64,000 nucleotides of DNA from the human T2T-CHM13v2.0 reference genome, Homo sapiens (GCF_009914755.1 NC_060947.1), one strand, 5' to 3'; positions 29,600 to 43,164 are shown, numbered from the stretch's first letter. Numbers and translations: made by a program. Notes: a model not told the origin generated them from the sequence alone.

Positions 29600-30063
29600 G
29601 AGATACCAAATTTCAATAGACAATCTTAGGGATTGAGCTTTAAAATGAAACTAAATTCTTCAGTGCCTTTTTGTCCCCAGTGTTTCTCAGCTTTGTGACG
29701 GAGCCAACAAGCAAACAGATGGAAATCAGGTGGTGCATGGGGTAAGGGAAAGTTAAAATTCCCAGAACCAATTAAGCGAGGTCTCCTGAAAGTGGCAGTG
29801 AGCCACCGCACCAGGCCACACTGGAGTAGATTTTGAAGTCTGAAACCTAGAACTTGTCAAATAAACCGCCCTAATAAAAACACCCCTGTCAACAAAGGGC
29901 AGTTCTAAGGCTTGAAGTCAGATCTGACCCTCGAAGTTGACACTCCAGCCTCTTTGACTCTCAGGTCTTTGAAAGAAAAGGGAAAGGTCCATCATGACTT
30001 TATTCCAGAGTGAATTTCTTTAGTTTTCAGAAGCCACTTTACCATAAATAGATGTGCCTTGGG

Positions 30064-30575
<512 letters not shown>

Positions 30576-31518
30576 TTATTGCAAAAATTGTGGGCATCTA
30601 GGAGAACTGGAGTTGTGAGCAGGTCAGAAGAGAAACTTTGCTGCTTCCTTTGTCAATGCTGTATGGAGAGAAATTTGAGATGCTTTGGATATTAAAAGAA
30701 AGACTGGAAGGCAGAAGATACTGAATTAACCACACCAATGAAGAGCGGTAAGCAGACCATGCGAGTAGCAAGACTATTTCTGCAGAGTTCATAACAGGAG
30801 CTGTAAGTGACCCAGAGAATACTCACTGTGGAAAGTTGAGATATCATTAGGCTCTATGAGACTTCAGGTTGTAGCATTTTACTTGTTGCAAATTATGTAG
30901 TGGAATTATACTTCTTTATCATAAAAATCTCTTGCGTCGTGGTGTGGCCAGGGCTCTTTCATATATGGGAGTTGGTATCAGTCTACTAAACAGTCCAGTG
31001 GAGACAGCTCTTTTTGTTTCCTATTGAAGTCTCATACTAAAAAATAAAAGCTGACTATTTTACTACAAATATCATTAATCCTAAAGATAGTTTTAGATGG
31101 TACACAGGTTTTAATGTTTTTACAATAAGGTCATATGAAGCCAAAATAACTCCTGGATGTGGGATGGGCTTGAGTGGGGGGGATAATCATACAAAGAGTT
31201 TTTATTAGATACATTGAAAAGCAAAGTAAAATTTACCTAATAATAGCCCACCCAGTGGAAAATAATTGCTTTAACTTCTCTTGGATATTTTAATCTCAAT
31301 TCTGACAAAATGAAGGCCTCTTGGCAATTTAACAGTTCTTTGGCTTTTAGCTGAAAGAAAATAAAAAAAAAAAGGAAGTGCCACTAATGCTTGAGATAAA
31401 TACTAAGTCTTACAGGACTGGAGTTAAGTTGTTTTCCAAACAGATAAAAACATATCACAATTATGCTTCATTTAGGTTTTATTCCCTGCATTATTTTATC
31501 TTCATTGTGTCATACTAA

Positions 31519-32177
31519 TGTGGCAGACCAGGACTCACTAACACAGGCCTCCATAACAACTGTTTCAGCACTGACTGAGTGGTAAAGTTAAATATTAAAA
31601 GCTGATAGAGCCAGTGCCCTTATACAAAGGCTGGAAGGTAACAAAAGCCCACCAAGAGTTTTGCCCAGGCCTTTCCTGGGCCCTGAAGCATGGCAAGATA
31701 ACGAAGGAATTCTTAACAGGACCTTTTTAGGATTAAAAAATTTTATTGGGGGTCTGAAGAAACTCCCCAGGCCTCCACAAGCAAGCTTTATTGGGGACTA
31801 AAGGAACTCCCCAAACCTCCATGACCTACCAGGAGACAAGATAAAGGTAATCACTCCAGCACCAGGACCCATTTAGATTAAGTACATTTACTGAGGCTTC
31901 AGAGGAAGGTCTTCAGGACTCAGATCTTAGTTATAGATTAAAAGAAGTTAATCACTTCTGTCTTTAGATGAATGCACACTTACATCTAGACATATAGCTT
32001 AGAAGGTATATAAGCTCTGAAAAACATTGTAATTTTGGATTGGTCTGGCAATAATATCCAGGCCTTCTCCCTGTAACTGGTTACAGAAATAAAAACTCCC
32101 TTCTCTCCTAGTTCATCTGCATCTCATTATTGGGCCGCAAGGATCAGCAGCCCGACCCTTGGTTTGGTCCGGGAACA
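31519..32177 (+). mobile_element. Solo ERV LTR (LTR66/LTR62-like; exact family uncertain)
   Basis: TG...CA termini, 659 bp, TSD CTAA, TATA-like gtatataag at ~32006 and AATAAA at ~32088. Confidence 0.8.
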
Positions 32178-32309
32178 CTAATACCTAATATTCCCAAATG
32201 TATGTTGGCCTTGCCACTGTGAAGGAAAATTAAATGGGAGTCACATGTCCTCTTATGTTTTGCATTTGTGTTTTGCTCTGCGTAAAAATCATGCAAACAC
32301 ACTCCAGTT

Positions 32310-33238
32310 GAAAATGGATACAGAATCGAAATAGACATTTCTCTGAAAAAGACATATAAATGGCCAATAAGCACACGAAAAGATGCTCAACATAACCAAT
32401 TATTAGGAAAATGCAAATCAACGTAACAGCTGAGAGACCAACCTACTAGGATGGCTATAATAATAATTTTAAAAAACAGGCTAGGTGTGGTGGCCTATAT
32501 CTGTAATCCCAGTACTTTGGGAGGCCAAGACAGGAGGATCACTTGAAACCAGGAATTCAAGACCAGCTGGGCAACAAAGCAAGACCTGTCTCTACAAAAT
32601 AATAAAATAAAAATGTAAAAAGTAGATAATAATGAATGTTGATGAGGAGGTGGAGAAATGGGAGCCTTATAGTTTAAACATAGAGTACCATATGATCCAT
32701 CAATTTCACTCCTCAGTATATATCCAAGAAAAATGAAAACAAATGTCCACACAAAAGCTGATACATGAATGTTCATAGGAGCATTATTCAAAATAGTCAA
32801 AAAGTGGAAACAACCAAAATGTCCATCAATTCATTAATGTATAAATAAAATGTGCAATGTCCATACAATGAAATATTACTCAACAAAATAAACGAACTAA
32901 GTATGGATACATGCTACAGCATATATGAACCTTGACAGCATGCTAAGTGAAGGAAGCCAATGACAAAAGATCACACATTGTTGATTCGATATATGTAAAA
33001 TGTCCAGAATAGGCAACTCGGTAGAGGTAGAAAGTAGATTAGTGCTTGCCTAAGGCTGGAGGATTGGAAAAATGAGAGGTAACTGCTGATAGTTACAGGG
33101 TTTCTTTCTGGGGTGATGAAAATATTGTAAAATTGATTGTGGTGATGGCTGTACAACTCTGTGAATATACTACTATTGAATTGTACACTTTAAATGGGTG
33201 AATTGCGTGTTATGTAAATTATATCTCAATAAAGCTGA
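32310..33238 (+). mobile_element. L1MB 3' end containing a FLAM/Alu left monomer (32479-32612)
   Basis: ORF2 tail motifs (agacatttctc...aaatgcaaatc) and 3' end ...ttatatctcaataaagctg. Confidence 0.85.
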
Positions 33239-34020
33239 TATACACACATACATACGTGTGTGTGTGTATGTGTGTATGTGAGTATGAATTATCCAAAGGA
33301 TTTCATATGAGTGTTTGTGTTTTCAGGCAAATATCATAGGTATACTTATAAAGAAACAAACATGGTTCTCTTTATCTTCTGTAGGCCTCTTGGCAATGCT
33401 TTGCAACTCTCTTTTTACAATAACCTTACATTCTCTGGGCATCTCTGATAGATGTATGGAAAAGCAAATCTGGGAGCAAGGAATTCTTAGGGAAAAAAGC
33501 TTGCATCCTACTTCTGCCCCAAATTGTTCATCTCCTTGGAAAACTAGATGTGGATGAAATATGTAAAGCAACTTATTCTGTGGTTTAATTCAAAAACTAT
33601 ATTGAAGTTCCTTAGTTGGCTTTGCACTGAGGCAGGAACTCTGGGAAAACAAAGACACGTGAAACAGAGAGATTACTGGGTAATGGGATAACAGTGCATG
33701 AATAAATAGGTCAACTACTAACCTGAGAGATAAATGTAATACAAGCCATAGGTATACCTGGGATAAAGAAGGCTTTTAAGTAGAGCAGTAAATAATAGGC
33801 TGCCTTCTGGCTAGATAGATAACAGTAAAGGGGCATAATTTTATCCAGTGAATGTAAAGCACACGACATTGGAGCCAAACACATATTAAAGCAACTTCTC
33901 AGAAAATTGATTTCTAGTATATGTCAAAGGTTTTATTTATTTATTTATATATAATATATATAATACTTCAAGAAAGTTAAGAATAATCCTATTCAAGAAA
34001 GATTCTTTACCTTCATTTGC

Positions 34021-35430
34021 TATAAGTTTGAATAACACCTTTGACATATACTACATATGTGTATATGTGTATATACATATATATGTATATAGTATAGTAT
34101 GTTATATATACATATATAGTATATGTATATATGTATGTTATATATACATATATTGTATATACGTATATATACCAATATTAGTATGTATGTATATAATTGT
34201 ATATACATATATACATATATTAGTATATATGTATATATTAGTATATATACATATATTAGTATATATGTATATATTAGTATATATACATATATTAGTATAT
34301 ATGTATATATTAGTATATATACGTATATTAGTATATATGTATATAATTGTATATACAGATATACATATATTGTGTATATACATATATACAATATATGTAT
34401 GTATAATATATACACATATACTATATATGTATATATAACATACCACACTCTATACTATATATGTATATATAACATACCACACTCTATACTATATATGTAT
34501 ATATAACATACCACACTCTATACTATATATGTATATATAACATACCACACTCTATACTATATATGTATATATAACATACCACACTCTATACTATATATGT
34601 ATATATAACATACCACACTCTATACTATATATGTATATATAACATACCACACTCTATACTATATATGTATATATAACATACCACACTCTATACTATATAT
34701 GTATATATAACATACCACACTCTATACTATATATGTATATATAACATACCACACTCTATACTATATATGTATATATAACATACCACACTCTATACTATAT
34801 ATGTATATATAACATACCACAATCTATACTATATATGTATATATAACATACCACAATCTATATATGTATATATAACATACCACACTATATACTATATATG
34901 TATATATAACATACTACACTATATACTATATAGTATATATAACATACTACACTATATAGTATATATAAGTTTGAATAAAACCTTTGACATATACTATATA
35001 TAGTATATATCATCTATATATAATACATAGATTGTATATATAATCTATATATAATATATAGTTAGTATATATAATCTATAGATAATCTATAGATTGTATA
35101 TATAATCTATAATCTATCTATAGATAATATATAATCTATAGATTATAGATTATATATACAATCTATATATAATCTATATATTATCTATAGATTATATATA
35201 CAATCTATATATAATCTATATATATAATTATATATAATTATATATAAAATCTATATATATAATCTATAGATAAACTATAGATTATATATAATCTATAGAT
35301 AAACTATAGATTATATATAATCTATAGATAAACTATAGATTATATATAATCTATAGATAAACTATAGATTATATAGAGATTAGTATATATAATCTATATA
35401 TTATATAGAGATTAGTATATATAATATATA
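34021..35430. repeat. Compound TA-rich tandem region: ~36-bp units (34200-34340), 34-bp minisatellite (~34427-34960), 29-bp units (35262-35377)
   Basis: taccacactctatactatatatgtatatataaca recurs with exact 34-bp period from 34441 to 34781 (11 copies), then about 5 variant copies. Confidence 0.95.
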
Positions 35431-35439
35431 ATTAAGTAT

Positions 35440-36020
35440 GTTAATCTTAATTGCTTGATAAATTTTTAAACCTATGTAACCACAATTCACAATTCAGGTT
35501 ATGGTAGAGAACATTCCCATCTCCCCAAGTTGCTCCCTTGTGCCACTTCCCAATCAGTACTACTTTATCTTACCCAGGTAACCATTTACAAGTTTTGCCT
35601 TTTCTTGAACTTCATATAAATGATATTACACTATATGTCCTCTTTTGTGCCTAGTCTTCTCTTGCCCTACAAAAAAATGTCTGTGAGCATCACCCATGCT
35701 TTTGCATGTAGCAGTAGTTCATTCCTTTCAATTACTGTGTACGTATATTTATGACTATATCACAGTTTACTTGTCTATTTACCTGTTGTTGGACATTAGA
35801 GTTGCTTCCAGTGTTTGGCTATTATAATTAAAGCATCTGTGATCCTTATTGTTTAAAGCTTTTGGCAGAACATGCACTAATTTCTTTTGGGTATATACTC
35901 AGGAGTAGAATTGTTGGGTCATTGAGTTTGTATAAATTAGCATTTGGAAATACTGCCAAACAGTTTTCCAAAGGAGTGGAAGTGTACATATTTACACTCC
36001 ACCAAGCAATGCATTGGAGT
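35440..36020 (-). mobile_element. Old L1 (L1M) 3' fragment
   Basis: Reverse L1 3' motifs (gaacttcatataaatg...gggtatatactcaggagtagaattgttgggtca). Confidence 0.75.
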
Positions 36021-36180
36021 GCCAGTAGAATATATTTTTTAAATAAGATGAGAGTATGGCTAGATACTACTGTTAAACTGGATAATAGAAAGAAGGTCTG
36101 GTTCTGGAATCCAAACCAAAAAATGACTGGGTGAGTCGTTAATGCATTGTGAGCATAGATTTAACTTCCCAGACAGGTCT

Positions 36181-36712
36181 TCTGATGGCTGATTTTATGT
36201 GTCTATTTCACTGGTCTAAGGGATAACCAGACAATTGGTAAAACTTTATTTCTGCAAGTGTATGTGAGTTTTCTGGAAGAGATTAGCAATTTGAATTGGT
36301 AGACTGAGTAGGGAAGCTTGCTCTCACCAATGTGGGTGGGCATCAGCAAATACATTGAAGGCCTGAATAGAACAAAAAGGTGGAGGAAGGGTGAATTTCC
36401 TCCCTGTTTGAGCTGAGACATGCATTCATCTTCTCTTGCCCGATTAGTGACACTCCTGCTTGTGTCTGCATCACTACTCCCTCTTTACTGACCCCATCCC
36501 CACTTGTTTTCAGTCCTTTGGATTCTGACTGAGTTATACCACCAGCTTTCCTGGTGCTCCAGCTTGCAAAGGGCAGATCATGAGACTTCTCAGCCTCTAT
36601 AATTGCGTGAGCCAATTCCTGTAATAAATCAATCTCTCTCTCTTTACCTATGTCTATGTCTACATCTATGTCTATCACCTTTGACTCTGTTTCTCTGGAG
36701 AATCCCGACAGA
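36181..36712 (+). mobile_element. MLT2-type ERVL LTR
   Basis: tgatggctgattttatgtgtc...aatagaacaaaaaggtggaggaagggtgaattt...tctgtttctctggagaatcccgac. Confidence 0.8.
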
Positions 36713-36997
36713 GCTGTAAATCTAAACATCTATTAGAAAAACGCTCAAACATTTTTATCAGAAATGCAAAATACTTCCAGGAGTGGTTGTTAATTACATC
36801 CTCAAAAAGCCCTGCTCAAAGACTTAAGTTCAAAGCTAGATATACCATTTAATAATTGTATGATCTTTGGTAAATTACTTAACTTCTTTGTGCCTTTCTT
36901 TCCTTAGCTGTAAGCTGGGGACAATAATATCTACCTCATAGGATTAGTCTAGGGTTTTAGTGTCTGGCACAGAGTAAGTGTTCGATTAGTTTTTCTT

Positions 36998-37142
36998 TTC
37001 CTTCCTTCCTTCCTTCCTTCCTTCCTTCCTTCCTTCCTTCCTTCCCTCCCTCCCTCCCTCCCTCTCTCTCTCTTTTTTTCTTTCTTTCTTTCTTTTTCTT
37101 TTCTTTTCTTTCTCTCTCCTCTCTCCTTCCTTCCTTCCTTCT
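36998..37142 (-). repeat. (TTCC)12 plus pyrimidine tract, i.e. (GGAA)12 on the minus strand
   Basis: 12 consecutive TTCC at 36998-37045, directly after a MIR (~36820-36990). Confidence 0.95.
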
Positions 37143-37911
37143 TCTGAGGTCAAGTGTAAATTGCAAAAGAGTAATGCCATTTTGAACTCTTAAAATTATC
37201 TTAACAAACAAAATTATAGGGCAACATTGAGAAAAGTGGGATGGTGGAGGATGGTTAGGGAAAAGAAAAGAAAAAAACGTAGGAAGGCAAGACATTATGT
37301 CCCCATCCTTAAAATAATGTTCTCTCTCGGAGGTGGTTAAGTAATGTGCAGAATAGAACACCTGATATTCTAAAAATTAAACTTCATTGTCTATATCAAT
37401 ATTAAGCACATTAGAAAATAGACTGATTCAGCTTTAATGATATATTACAAGTGGATTTGCATTGAATTGAAGCTAGGTCCATGTGAAAGTGTATCAAAAT
37501 TAAAATCTCATTTGCATATATAGCATCAGTTAGTACAAATGTTTTTTGCATGATTATGCTCCCTCTAGGAGAGGCCATTAGGTTGATTTGCATTCATTTA
37601 AATGTTCATGTGGGATGTTGATTTTGTCTGTGCAATTACTAGGGTAGTTAATACATTGTTCTATTAAAACAGCTAAAAGACTGCACAGATGCTGTAACAT
37701 ACAAATGTAGCAATTGATGGGTTGATTGGAAGGAAACCTTCTCACATAAACAGTCATCTTTTCTTCAGTGTGAGCAAAATAACTGAAACTGATTCTTCTA
37801 CACAAATCCCTCTCAACCAGTGTTATTCTTGTGTCCTGGATTCACAAATGAATGGAGAGTCTTTTTTTCAATATGCAAAATAAATAAGTAAATTACATGG
37901 TATGCTAGAAG

Positions 37912-38478
37912 GTGTGGTAGCTTGCAAATATGGCCACAAATTCTTCTTATCCCTCTTTGCACATCTGTTTATCATGTTTCCTTGCAGCATGTCTTTGCAG
38001 CTCTTCTCACCAAGAATTGGAGTCTATTTTCTCAACTCATTAAATCTGAGCTGGCTGTGTGACTTGCTTTGGCCAAAAAGACTTTAGCAAATAAGATATA
38101 AGCACAAGCAGAGGTTTGAAAAGTGCTGGTTCGCTGGGGCTTACTGTATTACTGCTCTTGAAATGCTGAGATGACCATGTGAATGAATCCAAGGAAGCCT
38201 CCTGGAAGATGAGAATGCTGCATAGAAGAAAACAGAGGTCTCCAGCTGACAGCCTGCCAAACACTAGAAATGTGAATGAGGCCATTCTGGATCATCTTGT
38301 CACCAGCTGACCTCCCAGCTGACTATCAGTGCATGAGCAAACCCAGAAAAGATGAGCTGAGCCAGTCCAGTGTAGAAGAATTGCCCAGCCAACCCACAGA
38401 ATAATGAGCTGAATAAAATGTTGTTTTAAGCCATTAAGTTTGTGATGTTTTATTACTCAGTAATAGCTAACTGGTACT
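37912..38478 (+). mobile_element. MLT1 (G/H-like) LTR
   Basis: tgtggtag...ggctgtgtgacttgctttggccaa...tttaagccattaagtttg...aatagctaactg. Confidence 0.7.
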
Positions 38479-38790
38479 GAATGTTATAATTACTGCAGAG
38501 AAAAATAGAGCACAGAGGGAGGAAGTAGAAGTGTATATGTGTATGCATGTGTGTAGAGGAGGGGCTGTTGAAATTTTAAATAACTTTGTCAGGGAAGGCC
38601 TTGTTGAGAAGATACATTTGAACAAACATTTGAAGGAGATTTAAGTAATTCATGTGGTTATTTAAGAGAAGAACATGGTAGGCAAAAGGAATGGCAAGTG
38701 GAAATTTCCTGAGCCATAGCATGTCTGGCTCTTTTTGAAGGAAAGCAAAGAAGTCAGAGTGCTGGAGCACTATAAAAGATGAGGGCAGAG

Positions 38791-39105
<315 letters not shown>

Positions 39106-39275
39106 TTAACAAGGGGCCAAATACATGTCTCATGTGAGAGTATGACAATTAATCAACATGGAAGTAAAAAACTGACATGAGCTGAACCGATCAGTTTCTC
39201 CCTCCTGAAACTGTGAAACTTGAGACACAGAGCCCCAGAGACTGGGAGATGTTGGAGCTGAAGTCACCTTACTGG

Positions 39276-39937
39276 CTGTCATAGCCTGCTCAGTCTGCTA
39301 CACCATAAGTACTATAAACTGGGTAGCTTATAAACAACAGGAATTTATTGTTCACAGTTCTGGAGGCTGCAAAGTCAAGGTGCTGCCAAATTTGGTGTCT
39401 GGAGGCCGGGCACGGTGGCTCACGCCTGTAATCCTAACACTTTGGGAGGCCAAGACAGGCAGATTGCCTGAGCTCAGGAGTTTGAGACCAGCCTGGGCAA
39501 GATGGTGAAACCCCATCTCCACTAAAATACAAAAAATCAACTGTGTGTGGAGGTGGGTACCCGTAATCTCAGCTACTCAGGAGGCTGAGGCAAGAGAATT
39601 GCTTGAACCCGGGAGGCGGAGGTTGCAGTGAGCCAAGATCACGCGCCACTGCACTGCAGCCTGGACAACAAAGTGAAACTCTGTCTCAAAAAAAAAAATC
39701 TGGTCTCTGGCAAGGGCCTTCTTCCTCAGAGATAGTGCCTTCAAGTTGTGTCCTCACGTGGGGGAAGGGGCAAGGCAACTCTCTAGGGTCTCTTTTGTAA
39801 GGTACTGATCCCATTCAAGAGGGCTCCACCCTCATAGCCTAATCACCTCCCAATTGCCCCACCTCCTAATACTATCACATGGGGTATTAGGTTTCAACAT
39901 ATGAATGTGGGGGGACACAAACATTCAGACTTTAGCA
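39276..39937 (-). mobile_element. MST/MLT1A-type MaLR LTR containing an AluS (39404-39698, + strand)
   Basis: cttataaacaacaggaatttattg...cacagttctggaggctg...gggggacacaaacattcagactttagca; Alu TSD aaat(t/c)tggt(g/c)tctgg. Confidence 0.8.
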
Positions 39938-40771
39938 CTGCCTGAACTCAGGGGGCCATAGAATTCATACTTTGTTCTAGTTGCCAAATTTCAGGAGCTG
40001 ACTTGCTTCTTGTCCTTGTCAAGGTTCGATGGTTGAACTTGTTTTTTGAGTCTGTGGAACCCTCCTGAATCATTAAAATGAATTTGTTCCAGCACTCAAT
40101 CTTTTTTTCTTAAATAAAGCAAAGTTAATTTCTGTTGCTTGCAAATAAAAACGCTTAACTAATATAATTATCTTGTGATTTCTCTCTAGTTCTTTAATAT
40201 AGTCCTTTTCTTCTGAAATAGATTATTAGTTTCTTAGAGACAGGAATAATTCTTTCCATTTATTTTATATCCTTCCTCTATGCAGCTATACTTATAGGAC
40301 AAGATAATAACAGCTAGGCATTCATTCAATGATTATAATGTGTCAAGCACTGTGCTAAGTACTTATGTAGATTATCTTATTTAAACTTCATGAGAATTCT
40401 GTGAATAATTACTCTGATTATTTCTCTTTTTTATAGATGAGGAATCAGAAACCAGAGATGGGACATGGCTAATAAATAGTGGAGTGGAGACTCAATCCTG
40501 GGCAATCTCACCTAAGAGCCCACATTCTTTCAGGACCCAGCACTTAGTAGGTACTTAAAAATACTTGTGTATCGATATATTGAAAAGTACTAAGTATCCA
40601 CAAAATCACATTCATTAAAACTTTGGTTTGCAGTAAGAATACTTGAGACAACGTAGAATTTTGAATAAGAATCTTATAACATACCAAGGAAGAAAATATA
40701 AGAAGTATTATTTGTAGAAAAATTCAATTATTCCCAGTAATAAAGAAAAAGCATTAATCTATTATACATCA

Positions 40772-40960
40772 TTTATTATTATTAATCTTTATTATTATTG
40801 TTATTTTAGAGACGGGCCTTATTAGGTCGCCCAGGGTACAGTGCAGTGGCGCAATCATAGCTCATTGCAGCCCTGAACTCCTCAGCTCAAGCATCCTCCT
40901 GCCTCAGCCTCCTGATTAGCTGAGCTAATGAGGCTCAGGCTTGAGCTACCATGCCCAGCC
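40772..40960 (-). mobile_element. Free right Alu monomer (FRAM/AluJ-like)
   Basis: Single right arm with (TTA)n tail. Confidence 0.8.
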
Positions 40961-42085
40961 TACATAAATCTTTGATATTTCTTCTAACAGCCCTAAAAGA
41001 TAAGGTAGGTATTATCATGCTCACTTAACTGATTAGGAAACTTAGGCTCAGAAATTTAAGTGCTTTGTTCCAATCTGTTAACACCCAACCCTAAAGGTGC
41101 TAGATTCAGTGAGCTGAAAATGCTCACTGAAAACGCAAAATGCAAAATGCCTAATCCTTAGAACCAGACACTCCAGTCACCATTTATTTGTCCATGTCTG
41201 AGTTCACAACACATCCTCTCTCCCTATTTCATTTGCCATTTAATTATGTGCTGCCCCATGACACTGGTGTGCTACTTCATAATTATGATCGTGTTATTTT
41301 AGTGCCATGCAGCTTCATTGTAATTTTACTTGTGAGACCTTTTTTTAATATATTGGGTACCTATAAGAATGAAATATTTCCATAACAAAACAGATTTACA
41401 GTCAGCTTGTAATGGTTTAATGCCAAGATGTTATAGAACTATCTACCAATGAAGAAAGGGTTGAATTGAATCAGATAATGATTATATGGGCTTTTCAAAT
41501 TTAAAAAAAACAAGCAACACTTCAGAGAGAATTTATATAATTTGCAAATATAGGTAAATATGTAAGCAAATCTTCATTATATCATATTCAGTATTTGTTC
41601 TCTTAAGCATAAGAGTTGTGCTTGTCCGTATAGAATAGGCTGAATGAAACTGAAACAAGTCTTGCTTTCTATAAGTTAATATTTGGGGATTGGTCACACA
41701 CAAAGACACACACACACACACACACACACAATGGTGAGGGAGGGGCTTACCTCTTTTATTTACTGTCCCATTCATAATGCCTAGAACAGTGCCTGGTGCA
41801 CAGTAGGCAAATATGCACTCAAATATTTCCTTAGTGCCTACCACAGGCCAGATAGTGTTCTAGGCATTGGGGATACAGCATTGAATAAAACAGAATTCAT
41901 ACTTTCATAGTTTATATTCTACAAATGGGAGACAGAAAATAAAGACATAAATGAATATGATATTTAGTATGTCAGATAGTGATAAGGACAATTGGAAAAA
42001 TTAAGCAGGAATAAGGGATAAGGTGGGAGAGTTGCCATTCAAAATAAAGTAGTAAAAGAAGACCTCAGTAATACATGACTTTTGA

Positions 42086-42450
42086 AGGAGGCAGTCAGGA
42101 AACATTTCACCAGAAGATGACAATTAAACTGAGTCTTGAAAAACAACTAGGAGTTTTCCAGGAAGACAAGAAGGGAGAAATATATAGAAGATGAATAATT
42201 CACTTTGAATTCTAATTTGCATCTCCTTTTACATGTAGTGGCATCATTTTTAAGGCAGATGGTGTATAACTTTGCTCCAGAGTTAAGAATTCTCTTTCCT
42301 GAAAGCTCCAGGGATAATTCTGATTGGTTCTGCTTGGATCATGTGTCCATCTCTGAAACAATTACCATGGCCAGGCAGGTAGTGTATTCTTATTGGCTGG
42401 CCTGGGTCATGTGCCCACTCCTGGGATTTTGTTTTTTTGTGTGTGGAGGG
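42086..42450 (-). repeat. Inverted duplicate (arm A) of 44249-44508 plus 45308-45436 (arm B); composite of MLT1 and L2 sequence
   Basis: Hand alignment of the reverse complement gives about 90% identity across the MLT1/L2 junction. Confidence 0.92.
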
Positions 42451-42881
42451 GGCTTCAGAGCCCCTACTCTGTGTAATCTTCCCCAGGAGATCATCAGTTA
42501 GGGGAGGCAAAGAAAGTAACTTTTCTCTTTTTGATCTATCAGGGTTTGCAAGTTCCTTTGAAAGAAGAGAATTACAGAAGTATTGAGACTGGAAGGAGCA
42601 CTTAGTGCAGGACCACAGGATGACTGACTCCTCAGCACAGCTTAGCATCCTGGTGCCAAAGTGGGTGCTTCACAAAGATTTATTGTATAAATAGAGAGGA
42701 CTATCACAAACCACATGTTGACTGAATGACTCCACCATTGTCTAACCACTGATTTTGAGGGGATCCCTTGGGACTATCCCATAGATCCAAGTTCACCTTA
42801 CCTTGGGAGCAGATGGAACCAGACCCCAGGTGCTCTGCCATGAATCTCCCTCAGGTGATCCGGGCATCCCAAAGATCTTAC

Positions 42882-43053
42882 CTCATAGAAGCTGTTGTAG
42901 AAGCAATTGCAGGAAGAGGCATTGATGCAGCGTTGTCATTAAGCAAAAAGCCAGGACTGCTGACACTACCCTGCCAGCAGACAAGCCTGCAGCTGGGCCT
43001 GAGGCTCTCACAGGATGCAAGGCAAGCACAGGATTCATATGAGGGACAACTAT
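42882..43053 (-). pseudogene. ZAN: Orphan decayed exon homologous to the zonadhesin D0 TIL-domain exon
   Basis: Acceptor ttttgtgttttccggttAG and donor GAG|gtaaga; translates SCPSYESCACLASCESLRPSCRLVCWQGSVSSPGFLLNDN[-1 frameshift]CINASSCNCFYNSFYE versus recalled ZAN SCPPNARYESCACPASCKSPRPSCGPLCREGCVCNPGFLFSDNHCIQASSCNCFYNNDYYE. Confidence 0.85.
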
Positions 43054-43164
43054 CTAACCGGAAAACACAAAACCTCCATTAAGCCTTCGCTCTGCAGCTT
43101 TTCTCAGAGATCCTTCCTGTCTCTCCTCTACACTCCCAAACTGAAGTTCTTCTCTAAGAAGTAG

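Noticed and set aside
34020-34506. ORFs of 102-142 aa rich in Y/I/V
   Set aside because: Artefacts of (TA)n/(TG)n low-complexity sequence.
34427-34960. 34-bp periodic array resembling a CRISPR array in unit size
   Set aside because: Head-to-tail identical units with no unique spacers, in primate DNA; it is a minisatellite.
42805-42835. Minus-strand PGVWF-like motif and a second donor downstream of the ZAN-like exon, as a possible next ZAN exon (PGAEWF)
   Set aside because: Similarity lasts only about 5 codons and the following Cys pattern is absent.
42768-43082. + strand 104-aa ORF
   Set aside because: Antisense shadow of the ZAN-like exon; no recognisable features of its own.
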